Source: Bacillota bacterium
Lineage (GTDB): Bacteria > Bacillota_I > Bacilli_A > RFN20 > CAG-826
DNA: 39,267 nucleotides
Assembly: GCA_023457325.1 (NCBI GenBank)
Contig: JAEWLX010000045.1
Location: 1-39,267 of the forward strand
Direction: 5' to 3'
Shown piece after piece: positions 24,974 through 32,919 of the stretch. The notes below the pieces were generated by a model. The model did not search any database. It had not been told where the DNA came from and worked only from the letters and a program-made list of their open reading frames with translations. Both the position numbers and the translations under genes were made by a program. The number at the start of each line of letters is the position of its first letter. Position 1 is the first letter of the stretch.

Positions 24974-26059
24974 CTATTTGCTGTGAGCGGCTTCGAATTC
25001 GCGCATATAAGCAACTAAAGCTTCCACACCAGCAACTGGCATAGCATTATAAATCGAGGCTCTCATTCCGCCGACTGAACGGTGTCCTTTAAGGTTGGCA
25101 AAACCAGCCGTTTTTGCGCCTTCTAAGAAGGCATTATTAAGTTCATCGTTTCCCGTTGTAAAGCAGACGTTCATTAATGAACGAGAGTTCTTATCAACTG
25201 TGCCTTTGAAAATCTTGCTGTTATCTAAATAATCATAAATAAGAGCGGCTTTCTTCTCGTTTCTTTCTTTCATAGCTTCAAGACCGCCATGTTTTAAAAT
25301 CCATTTGAAGACGAGACCACAGATATAAATGCCATAAGTAGGTGGCGTGTTATACATCGAGCCATTATCAGCTAACACTTTATATTTCAAAAGAGTTGGC
25401 GTGCCGGGAAGTGGTTCATTTTCTAATAAATCTTCGCGGACAATGACGATGACAACTCCAGCAGGTCCGACGTTTTTCTGCGCTCCGGCATAGATTAATC
25501 CAAACTTGGTAACATCCATTGGTTCTGATAGGAACGAGGAAGAGGCGTCGTTAATTAAAATCTTGCCTGGAAACTCAGGATACTTTTTGTATTTGGTTCC
25601 AAAGATTGTGTTATTATCACACATGCAGACAAAGTCTGACTCTGGCGTAGCTTTTACATTATCAAGATTAGGAATGTAAGAAAAATTCTTATCTTCTGAA
25701 GAAGCAATAACATTCACTTTACCAAAGATTTCCGCTTCTTTCTTTGCGGCTTTTGACCAGTGACCAGTCATAATAAAGTCATAAATTCTGTTTTTGGAAA
25801 GATTCATCGGGACCATGGCGAACTGAACAGTGCCGCCACCTTGAACAAATAAAACTTTGTAGTTATTCGGAATGTTTAAGACTTTGCGAAGATCGGCTTC
25901 AGCCTCATCGATAATCGCTTGGTAGTTTTTGGAGCGATGTGACATCTCCATAACCGACATACCCGATCCTTTGTAATCGAGCATTTCATCAGCAGCTTGT
26001 TGTAGTACCTCCTCGGGCAGGACAGCTGGTCCGGCAGAAAAGTTGTAGATACGTTTCAT
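24974..26059 (-). CDS. serC: Phosphoserine aminotransferase
   Basis: YNFSAGPAVLPEEVL N-terminus, GAQKNVGPAG (PLP lysine region) and HRSVGGMRASIYNAMP C-terminal motif. Confidence 0.92.
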   Translation of the reverse strand: MKRIYNFSAGPAVLPEEVLQQAADEMLDYKGSGMSVMEMSHRSKNYQAIIDEAEADLRKVLNIPNNYKVLFVQGGGTVQFAMVPMNLSKNRIYDFIMTGHWSKAAKKEAEIFGKVNVIASSEDKNFSYIPNLDNVKATPESDFVCMCDNNTIFGTKYKKYPEFPGKILINDASSSFLSEPMDVTKFGLIYAGAQKNVGPAGVVIVIVREDLLENEPLPGTPTLLKYKVLADNGSMYNTPPTYGIYICGLVFKWILKHGGLEAMKERNEKKAALIYDYLDNSKIFKGTVDKNSRSLMNVCFTTGNDELNNAFLEGAKTAGFANLKGHRSVGGMRASIYNAMPVAGVEALVAYMREFEAAHSK

Positions 26060-26078
26060 TTTTTTCTCCTTCCGTTAT

Positions 26079-27299
26079 CTATTTTATTCTCTTGCATTCG
26101 AGATAGTAACGCTTCTCTACGGCGTGCCCCATCGAAAAAGTCTTGCGGGGCAAAACATCGCCACTAGCGATGTAATCAAATAAATCACCTTTGGTGAGCG
26201 AAGGCATCGCAATGGCGATTGAGCCTGGATGTTTATCGGCTACCTCATGGGTGTGATTTAGGTCGTGAATATAATCGACGGTAACGCCGGGATTATTTCT
26301 TAAATACTGATCAATATAGTCTTGAATTAGTCGATAGGCCATTGGAGCGTTGCTCGGAATTAGTAATGGCACTTCGCCATCTTCTTTACTATAAATGTGT
26401 GTGTTATATGATCCTTGAACGGCTTTGCGAAGGCCGGAAACAAAGTCATTTTTAACATTAAAAACAACGCGGTGAATTGGTTCAAACTCGAGTCCTTTGT
26501 CATATAAATTAATGGCTTCAACCAACGCAAAACGAGCTGGATGAACTTTTCGTTCTTCGGGCGTCAAATCGCCTTTAATGCGATCCCAATGTGCTTTCGC
26601 GGTCGCCAAAGAATGATTTCCATCACCGACAACGAACATCAACCCATTGCCATTTTCTTCGGTGAGGCGTGTAAAGGCATCAATGATTGGCTGCGTATCT
26701 TTGATTTGATAGCCACGCAAATGACCACCATTTTGATTCAATTCAAAATCATAGACAAGCGGCAATTCTTTACGCTTCTCATATAACCCTTCGACAATTT
26801 GCTTTTTATGATCATCAAATAGGAATTGAACGTGTGTTAATTCGACTGGCGCGTTCTCGCGAATTTTAAGCCGAGGAGGAATTCGCTCGACAATCGTCGC
26901 TTCTGTCGCCCGTATTAAAGCTTTCGTTCCTTTTTGATAAGAATACGCCTCAAGATCAACGGAAATAACAAGGCCTAGCCTTCTCTTAGTGTGCGGTGTT
27001 TCCCGTTCGACTAAGATGAAACAATCTCCAACATCTTTCAGAACTTCTTCTTTTAAATAAGTTTCGATGTGGCGATTAATGCCGTCTATATATTCTTTTT
27101 CATTAACAATAGTTAAATAAGCTTCGGGAAAAATCATGTGATAAGTCGATGGCTTCTCACCAATTTTTGTCTTTAGATCATCCCAGTACTCACGTTGGCT
27201 CGTAAATTGATCACAAGCAATAACGGCGAAGGAATTCATATCAATTCCATCTTTGGGAAGCAAAATGCGCGGCGGACGAATCGGATTAACAATTTTCAT
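26079..27299 (-). CDS. DUF1015 family protein (function unknown)
   Basis: 406 aa. Size, N-terminus (MKIVNPIRPPRILLP) and the central VGDGNHS motif fit DUF1015 as I remember it. The serA/serC neighbourhood is typical for this family. Confidence 0.7.
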   Translation of the reverse strand: MKIVNPIRPPRILLPKDGIDMNSFAVIACDQFTSQREYWDDLKTKIGEKPSTYHMIFPEAYLTIVNEKEYIDGINRHIETYLKEEVLKDVGDCFILVERETPHTKRRLGLVISVDLEAYSYQKGTKALIRATEATIVERIPPRLKIRENAPVELTHVQFLFDDHKKQIVEGLYEKRKELPLVYDFELNQNGGHLRGYQIKDTQPIIDAFTRLTEENGNGLMFVVGDGNHSLATAKAHWDRIKGDLTPEERKVHPARFALVEAINLYDKGLEFEPIHRVVFNVKNDFVSGLRKAVQGSYNTHIYSKEDGEVPLLIPSNAPMAYRLIQDYIDQYLRNNPGVTVDYIHDLNHTHEVADKHPGSIAIAMPSLTKGDLFDYIASGDVLPRKTFSMGHAVEKRYYLECKRIK

Positions 27300-27301
27300 T
27301 A

Positions 27302-28648
27302 TTAAATGACACCTTCTTGGAGCATTGCATCATAGACTTTAATAAATCCGGCAATATTGGCACCTAATGCCAAGTTAGTCGGTTTTCCATACTTGGTGGC
27401 CGTTTCATGACATTTACGGAAAATATCTTTCATGATTTGTTCAAGTTTTTGATCAACTTCTTGATATGTCCAGGAAAGGTGCATGGCGTTTTGGCTCATC
27501 TCCAAGCCGGAAACAGCGACACCGCCTGCGTTACTGGCTTTGCCAGGAGCAAACAAGATGCCGTTTTCATTGCAATAGCGAATTGCTTCGACTGTCGTTG
27601 GCATATTCGCGCCTTCAACAAGCATATAACAACCACCAGCTTTTAGTTTCTTGGCATCTTCAATGTCAATTTCGTTTTGTGTCGCACATGGAAGAGCGAT
27701 GTCACAAGGCATACCCCACATTTCTTTGGGGTTATTGACGAATTTGGCGTTGGGATAATGTTTAAGATATTCAAGAGAATATTCTCCCTTTTCTTCCGAG
27801 AGACGATCAACGAGTGGTATGTCTAAACCTTTTGGATCATAAACAAAACCGTTGATATCAGACATAGCTACTACTTTCGCACCTAAGGCTGCCGCTTTAA
27901 CGGCCGCATGTTTCCCGACTTTTCCTGATCCGGAAATAATGACGCGCTTATCTTTTAAAGAGTCATTGCGGAATACTTTGAGCATTTCAGCAACAAAGTA
28001 CAAAAGACCATAACCGGTCGCTTCTTTGCGACCTAACGATCCGCCATAAGAAATGCCTTTGCCAGTAAAGGTACCGACAAAATCATTTGATAGTTTTTTA
28101 TACATGCCATACATATAGCCAATTTCACGAGCTCCGACGCCAAAATCACCAGCAGGGACGTCAGTGTCAGGGCCAATGTGACGGAATAATTCGGAAACAT
28201 AGGCTTGGCAGAAACGCATAATCTCTTCATCAGAGCGTCCGCGTGGACTGAAGTCAGCTCCACCTTTTCCGCCTCCTAAAGGAAGGCCAGTTAAACTGTT
28301 TTTAAATGTTTGTTCAAAGGCTAAAAATTTTAAGATTGATAAATTAACGGAGGCATCAAAACGAATTCCGCCTTTATATGGACCAATCGCTGAGTTGAAT
28401 TGAACGCGCCAGCCTTTATTGACTTGAACTTTGCCCTTGTCATCAACCCACGCGACACGGAAAGATATGACTCTTTCAGGAATAAGGATTCTTTCTAAGA
28501 TAGCGTATTTTTCAATTTTAGGCTCTTGATCGACTAAATAGTCCATAGAATCAAAAAATTCCTCGACCGCTGAGATAAACTCCGGCTCGAAGGAATACTT
28601 TTTCTTAACGTCTTCGAATAATCTGTTTAAGTAACTGCTTTGGTACAC
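27302..28648 (-). CDS. gdhA: NADP-specific glutamate dehydrogenase
   Basis: Collinear with Clostridium symbiosum-type GDH (VQFNSAIGPYKGGIRF, PLGGGKGGADF, DVPAGDFGVGAREIGYMYG). GTG start with strong GAGGAGG SD 7 nt upstream. Confidence 0.92.
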   Translation of the reverse strand: MYQSSYLNRLFEDVKKKYSFEPEFISAVEEFFDSMDYLVDQEPKIEKYAILERILIPERVISFRVAWVDDKGKVQVNKGWRVQFNSAIGPYKGGIRFDASVNLSILKFLAFEQTFKNSLTGLPLGGGKGGADFSPRGRSDEEIMRFCQAYVSELFRHIGPDTDVPAGDFGVGAREIGYMYGMYKKLSNDFVGTFTGKGISYGGSLGRKEATGYGLLYFVAEMLKVFRNDSLKDKRVIISGSGKVGKHAAVKAAALGAKVVAMSDINGFVYDPKGLDIPLVDRLSEEKGEYSLEYLKHYPNAKFVNNPKEMWGMPCDIALPCATQNEIDIEDAKKLKAGGCYMLVEGANMPTTVEAIRYCNENGILFAPGKASNAGGVAVSGLEMSQNAMHLSWTYQEVDQKLEQIMKDIFRKCHETATKYGKPTNLALGANIAGFIKVYDAMLQEGVI

Positions 28649-28752
28649 TTTTTTTCCTCCTCACGCATGGTCGATGGGAGGACTTATCGCGCCTTCCAAG
28701 ACGCATGAATAATCGTGTATGTCGTACTGGTAATTATAAATTACCTCATAAT

Positions 28753-28781
28753 ATATTATACTGAAAGCGCTTACTTTACAA
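28753..28781 (-). promoter_or_regulatory. Candidate SigA promoter of the gdhA operon: TTGTAA-15/17 nt-TATAATAT
   Basis: The reverse complement reads TTGTAA AGTAAGCGCTTTCAG TATAAT(AT). The spacer is 15 nt to TATAAT or 17 nt to TAATAT. Confidence 0.45.
28762..28775 (-). promoter_or_regulatory. cre (CcpA) box filling the gdhA promoter spacer: TGAAAGCGCTTACT (plus-strand reading)
   Basis: Matches TGWAANCGNTNWCA except at the last position. It shares the GAAAGCGCT core with the cre in the purine-operon promoter. Confidence 0.55.
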
Positions 28782-28797
28782 GGTGCAAAACGATGAA

Positions 28798-28824
28798 GCC
28801 CGATTCATTATAAAAGAATCGAGC
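28798..28824 (-). terminator. Possible terminator after the DegV gene
   Basis: The minus-strand RNA has GCUCGAUUC-9 nt loop-GAAUCGGGC (9 bp including one G-U), but only an interrupted U tract follows. Confidence 0.4.
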
Positions 28825-28864
28825 ATCTCACCGTTCACAATTAGGAATGATAGTTATTTATTGT

Positions 28865-29746
28865 TTAGACTTCTTCGCGTTTGTTGCCCATGAAGAAAAC
28901 AGCAACTGTTCCTGGACCAGAATGAGAACCAATAACGGGACCAATATAACTATAGATTAAATCCTTTACTTTCATTTTGGCGTGAATAAGACCGCCGACT
29001 TCTTTAGCCTCATCTAAACAATCACCATGAGCAATAAAGATAGTTTGCTCCTCAGGATTAACAATTTGTTTTGCCATGATTTCAATCATTTCGGTTAATG
29101 ACTTTTTGCGACCGACTGTTTTATGAAGAACAGATAGCTTGCCATCATATGTCACATGCAAAATTGGTTTAACACCGAGAAGAGTTCCAAAAAAGGCAGC
29201 AGTACCGCTTAAGCGACCGCCTCTTTTTAAAGTACCTAGTTCTTCGACAGTAAAAAGGTGACGAAGATTATATTTATTAGCTTCGAGCCATGCGGCAACT
29301 TCATCAATTGATTTGCCTTCTTCTTTTAAAAGAGCGGCTCTCCAGACGAGATAGCCTTCACCTAGTGAGGCGCTCAACGTATCAACCGCAACAATTTTAC
29401 GATCTGGATAATCATCTTTTAACATATCAATAGCCATCGTTGCCGATTGATATGTTCCGCTTAATGCGGAAGAAAGGGCGACATAAAGGATATCTTGCCC
29501 CTTTTCGAGTAGTCCGGTAAAAAATTGAACAAACTCACCGACGTTAACTAATGATGTACGCGAAACTTTCTTATTGCGTAGCTGATTGTAAAAATCGTTT
29601 AGACTTAATTCTCTTTCATCAAGATGATGAGTATAGGATTTTCCTTCTATTTCAAGCACCATTGGAATAATGGCGATGTCATGTTTTTTTACGATTTCGG
29701 CCGAGAGGTCGGAACAAGCGTCAGTTGCTAGTATAAACTGTTTCAT
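28865..29746 (-). CDS. DegV family fatty-acid-binding protein
   Basis: Typical DegV N-terminus (ILATDACSDLSAEIVKKHDIAIIPM) and SSALSGTYQSA motif. 293 aa. Confidence 0.9.
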   Translation of the reverse strand: MKQFILATDACSDLSAEIVKKHDIAIIPMVLEIEGKSYTHHLDERELSLNDFYNQLRNKKVSRTSLVNVGEFVQFFTGLLEKGQDILYVALSSALSGTYQSATMAIDMLKDDYPDRKIVAVDTLSASLGEGYLVWRAALLKEEGKSIDEVAAWLEANKYNLRHLFTVEELGTLKRGGRLSGTAAFFGTLLGVKPILHVTYDGKLSVLHKTVGRKKSLTEMIEIMAKQIVNPEEQTIFIAHGDCLDEAKEVGGLIHAKMKVKDLIYSYIGPVIGSHSGPGTVAVFFMGNKREEV

Positions 29747-29875
29747 TTTTTCTCCTTTGTAACCTTTGAGGTTTTGATTATCTTATTATATAGTTAAAAA
29801 CTTGTCATCTCTTTTAATCAGAAACATGAAAAAAGAGAAGATAAGCGTTCTTTCAAATAAAATGTATTTTATTAC

Positions 29876-30433
29876 CTACGAATTTGTTTCAATCCACTTA
29901 AGAAAGGCGTTCGCAAATTGGCTCAAAAACTTGAGCGTATCAACGTTTGCAATTATCCCTTTATCATCCAGTAACGTGTGTACGCTTCCAATATAGGCTT
30001 CTGGTTGTTGCATCGTCGCTACATTTAAAAAGGTCAAAACTTGACGGAGATGATGATTGGCTCCGAATCCCCCGATTGCTCCTGGAGAAACGCTGACAAT
30101 CGCTCCTGGTTTACCGTTCCAAACACTATAACCATATGGACGCGAACCAACATCAAGAGCGTTTTTTAAAACACCGGGCATTGAGCGGTTATACTCTGGG
30201 GTGACAAATAAAAAGGCATCATATTTTTTTAATTCACTGCGAAAGGCGAGCCACGATTCCGGTTCTCTTTTTTCTGCTTCCAGATCCTGGTTGTACATAT
30301 CGATTTGGCTAATATCAATCAGATCAAGATTTAAGTTTTTTGGACTCACATCTTTGATGGCTAAGGCTATTTTTTTCGAAAATGATTCTTTTCTTAAACT
30401 GCCGACTATGACGGCAACGTTAATATTGTTCAC
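29876..30433 (-). CDS. NAD(P)H-dependent FMN reductase family oxidoreductase
   Basis: VAVIVGSLRKESFSKK flavodoxin-like N-terminus and TPEYNRSMPGVLKNALD. GTG start with AGGAGG SD 8 nt upstream. Confidence 0.85.
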   Translation of the reverse strand: MNNINVAVIVGSLRKESFSKKIALAIKDVSPKNLNLDLIDISQIDMYNQDLEAEKREPESWLAFRSELKKYDAFLFVTPEYNRSMPGVLKNALDVGSRPYGYSVWNGKPGAIVSVSPGAIGGFGANHHLRQVLTFLNVATMQQPEAYIGSVHTLLDDKGIIANVDTLKFLSQFANAFLKWIETNS

Positions 30434-30608
30434 GGTTATTTCCTCCTAATGACAATTGATACATTAAGTATACATTAAGATGAATTGGTAATCATTTAAG
30501 GTGCTTTGATGAACTATAATAAGCATTTTTCCCATTTTAAAACTCATGTACATGAAGCCCTTTCGAGTATTACAATAAAATCAACATAACTATTTGCAGG
30601 GGCTAGCC

Positions 30609-32417
30609 ATGAATAATTTGAACCACCTTCGCCACAAACATCCACGTCTCTTTTTTCTTTTGCTACTAATAACCTTCAATTTGCTATTAATGATAATTTC
30701 AACATTAATTGTCTATTTTGGAATTGGCGGTTACGCGAATATTTGGGAAGCTTTCTCGCAAACAGCCATTACTTGGTTCCTCGATCCAGGATTTTATAAT
30801 CAAGACGGCAATAATGCCTTGAAAATTATTTCGATGATAACCGTCTTAACGGCTATGATCAGCGTGAATGGCGGGATTATCGCTTTTCTATCAGCTTTGC
30901 TGATGGACTTTTTAGAAACGATTCGAAGTGGTGCGGGCAATCTGCGTGTGAATAACCATGTTTTAATATTAAACTGGAGTAGTGAAGTCGGCGAAATTCT
31001 CGTCAGTTATTATTATGATGTCCGACCAACGACTGTCGTAATTCTAAGTGAAAAACCCCGTTCTGAAGTTGAAAGAGCGATTAAAGAAAGTTTTTTTAGT
31101 AACGGTATCCGCCGCCCTGGAAGAAAACTTCGTTACTTTGTTCTTCAAGGCGACCCTCTTTCCAGCGCCGATTTAGACTGGGCGCGTGCCTACAAGGCCA
31201 GCAGTATTATCGTTCTTAACGCTAATAAGTTTAATAATCCAAGCGATAACGATATTGATGTTTTAAAAATATTAATGCTTTTAACACCCACCAAAGAGCA
31301 AACCGTTGTGGCCGAGGTATGCGATTCGAAAACTGATGAATTGATCAAATCTGGCTTTACCTTAAACGGCGAAAGTGAAAGCAATATTGTCTTTATCAAT
31401 CAAACAGCGATTATGGGCTTTATTATTGCCCAAACGATGGTCTCTCCTTATCTAAGCGACATCTACGCCGAATTACTCGGGTTTGGTGGTGCAGATTTTT
31501 ATACCAAAAGGTACACCGAAAGTATTTCGTCATATCTAGATATTTATTCCCATTCTTTACCAGTTTTTACTAAAAAGATTAATGGTAATAGCCATCTTCT
31601 TATCATGGCTGATAATAAAAAAGATCTCGATAAATTAAGAGAAAAAGAATATGTTTTGCCATCTTTAATAAAATTAAATTTTGTCAATCGGCAGACACCG
31701 ATTACGCATCGCGATGTATTAATTGTGGGTGACAATGAAAAAAGCGCCTTTATCATCGATAGCCTTAAAAAATACACTCTCGACAGTGGCAATCAAATCC
31801 ATGTTGAGCAAAAGGATGACATTAGCGAAAAGCTTATAAAAGAAATCGCATCAGGACAATATAGTAAAGTTATTTTGCTTTCCTCAACGAACCATAATCT
31901 TGATGGTGATCCCGACTCCAAAGCAATAACAAGCCTTTTAAAAATTTCAAAAGCTGCAAAGGACAGTCAAACATCCTTAATTATTGAACTCGTCAATCCC
32001 CGTAATGCCCAGATTACAACTCGTTATGGAATTAAGTATTCGATTTTGACAAATCGCTACATCAGCCGCATCATTTCGCAAACGAGTAAAAATCCAGTCT
32101 TCTATCCCTTTATTGAAGATCTCTTCACCTATGATGAAGAATCATCAAGTGAAGAATCGTACGAGATCTACATTCATGAGGCTTCCGAACTCATTTCTTT
32201 TGAAGAGAAGAAACAATATGTTTTTGAAACGCCTTCACACCTTGTTCGTTCTTTCTATGAGCAAAACGAAGATGACCCTTACATTGTCATCGGAATTGTA
32301 AACGAGGAAAAGAGCAACCCGAATCTTTATAACATTAAACTCTTCAGCGATAACTTAGACTCTAAAGTCTACCTAATAGTCGAACCAGAAACAAAACTAA
32401 TCGTTGTCGCTAAATAA
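30609..32417 (+). CDS. Two-TM pore + tandem RCK-like domain ion channel (CASTOR/POLLUX-like)
   Basis: TM1 (LFFLLLLITFNLLLMIISTLIVYF), pore-loop-like WEAFSQTAITWFLDPGF and TM2, followed by two Rossmann-like starts (NHVLILNWSSEVG, DVLIVGDNEKSAF). The start is taken at ATG 30609 (AGGGG upstream) rather than the TTG at 30594. Confidence 0.6.
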   Translation: MNNLNHLRHKHPRLFFLLLLITFNLLLMIISTLIVYFGIGGYANIWEAFSQTAITWFLDPGFYNQDGNNALKIISMITVLTAMISVNGGIIAFLSALLMDFLETIRSGAGNLRVNNHVLILNWSSEVGEILVSYYYDVRPTTVVILSEKPRSEVERAIKESFFSNGIRRPGRKLRYFVLQGDPLSSADLDWARAYKASSIIVLNANKFNNPSDNDIDVLKILMLLTPTKEQTVVAEVCDSKTDELIKSGFTLNGESESNIVFINQTAIMGFIIAQTMVSPYLSDIYAELLGFGGADFYTKRYTESISSYLDIYSHSLPVFTKKINGNSHLLIMADNKKDLDKLREKEYVLPSLIKLNFVNRQTPITHRDVLIVGDNEKSAFIIDSLKKYTLDSGNQIHVEQKDDISEKLIKEIASGQYSKVILLSSTNHNLDGDPDSKAITSLLKISKAAKDSQTSLIIELVNPRNAQITTRYGIKYSILTNRYISRIISQTSKNPVFYPFIEDLFTYDEESSSEESYEIYIHEASELISFEEKKQYVFETPSHLVRSFYEQNEDDPYIVIGIVNEEKSNPNLYNIKLFSDNLDSKVYLIVEPETKLIVVAK

Positions 32418-32421
32418 ATAA

Positions 32422-32901
32422 CTAATCTTTTTTATCTTCTAATGAGGTATCTTTTTTCGCTTCTTCTTGATGAGCGCTTTTATTAGTGTCTAATGATTTG
32501 CGGAAAACGACATATCTTTGATAAAGGAACTCAAGAACAAAATTCATGACCATGTTCATGGCTAAAACCAGATATTCGTTCCACCCGTTCAAATCACATA
32601 AATACCATTCAAGCAAAGTGGATAAAGGGGCAAAGACGGCATAAAAGGCAAAGACAAGCAACATGGCAATTGGAACATTTGCTGCTGATTTAAAAGTGAA
32701 GCGCCGATTAAAGGTGAAGTTCCAGATTACTGACAAAATCAAAGCAATTAAGTATGAAAGCCAGTAACCAACATCTCCGCCATTTTTGAAGATTACTTCG
32801 TTCAGTAATGTAAACGAAAGAATTTGAACAATTCCAGCCGAAACAGAGAAAAGGAAAAACTTCAAAGCACGAATTAGATCTTTTTTGCGTTCTGTGGTCA
32901 T
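32422..32901 (-). CDS. GtrA family membrane protein
   Basis: 159 aa with 4 TM. FLFSVSAGIVQILSFTLL and NFTFNRRFTFK are GtrA-like signatures. Confidence 0.8.
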   Translation of the reverse strand: MTTERKKDLIRALKFFLFSVSAGIVQILSFTLLNEVIFKNGGDVGYWLSYLIALILSVIWNFTFNRRFTFKSAANVPIAMLLVFAFYAVFAPLSTLLEWYLCDLNGWNEYLVLAMNMVMNFVLEFLYQRYVVFRKSLDTNKSAHQEEAKKDTSLEDKKD

Positions 32902-32919
32902 ATTTTACCTCACATTTCC

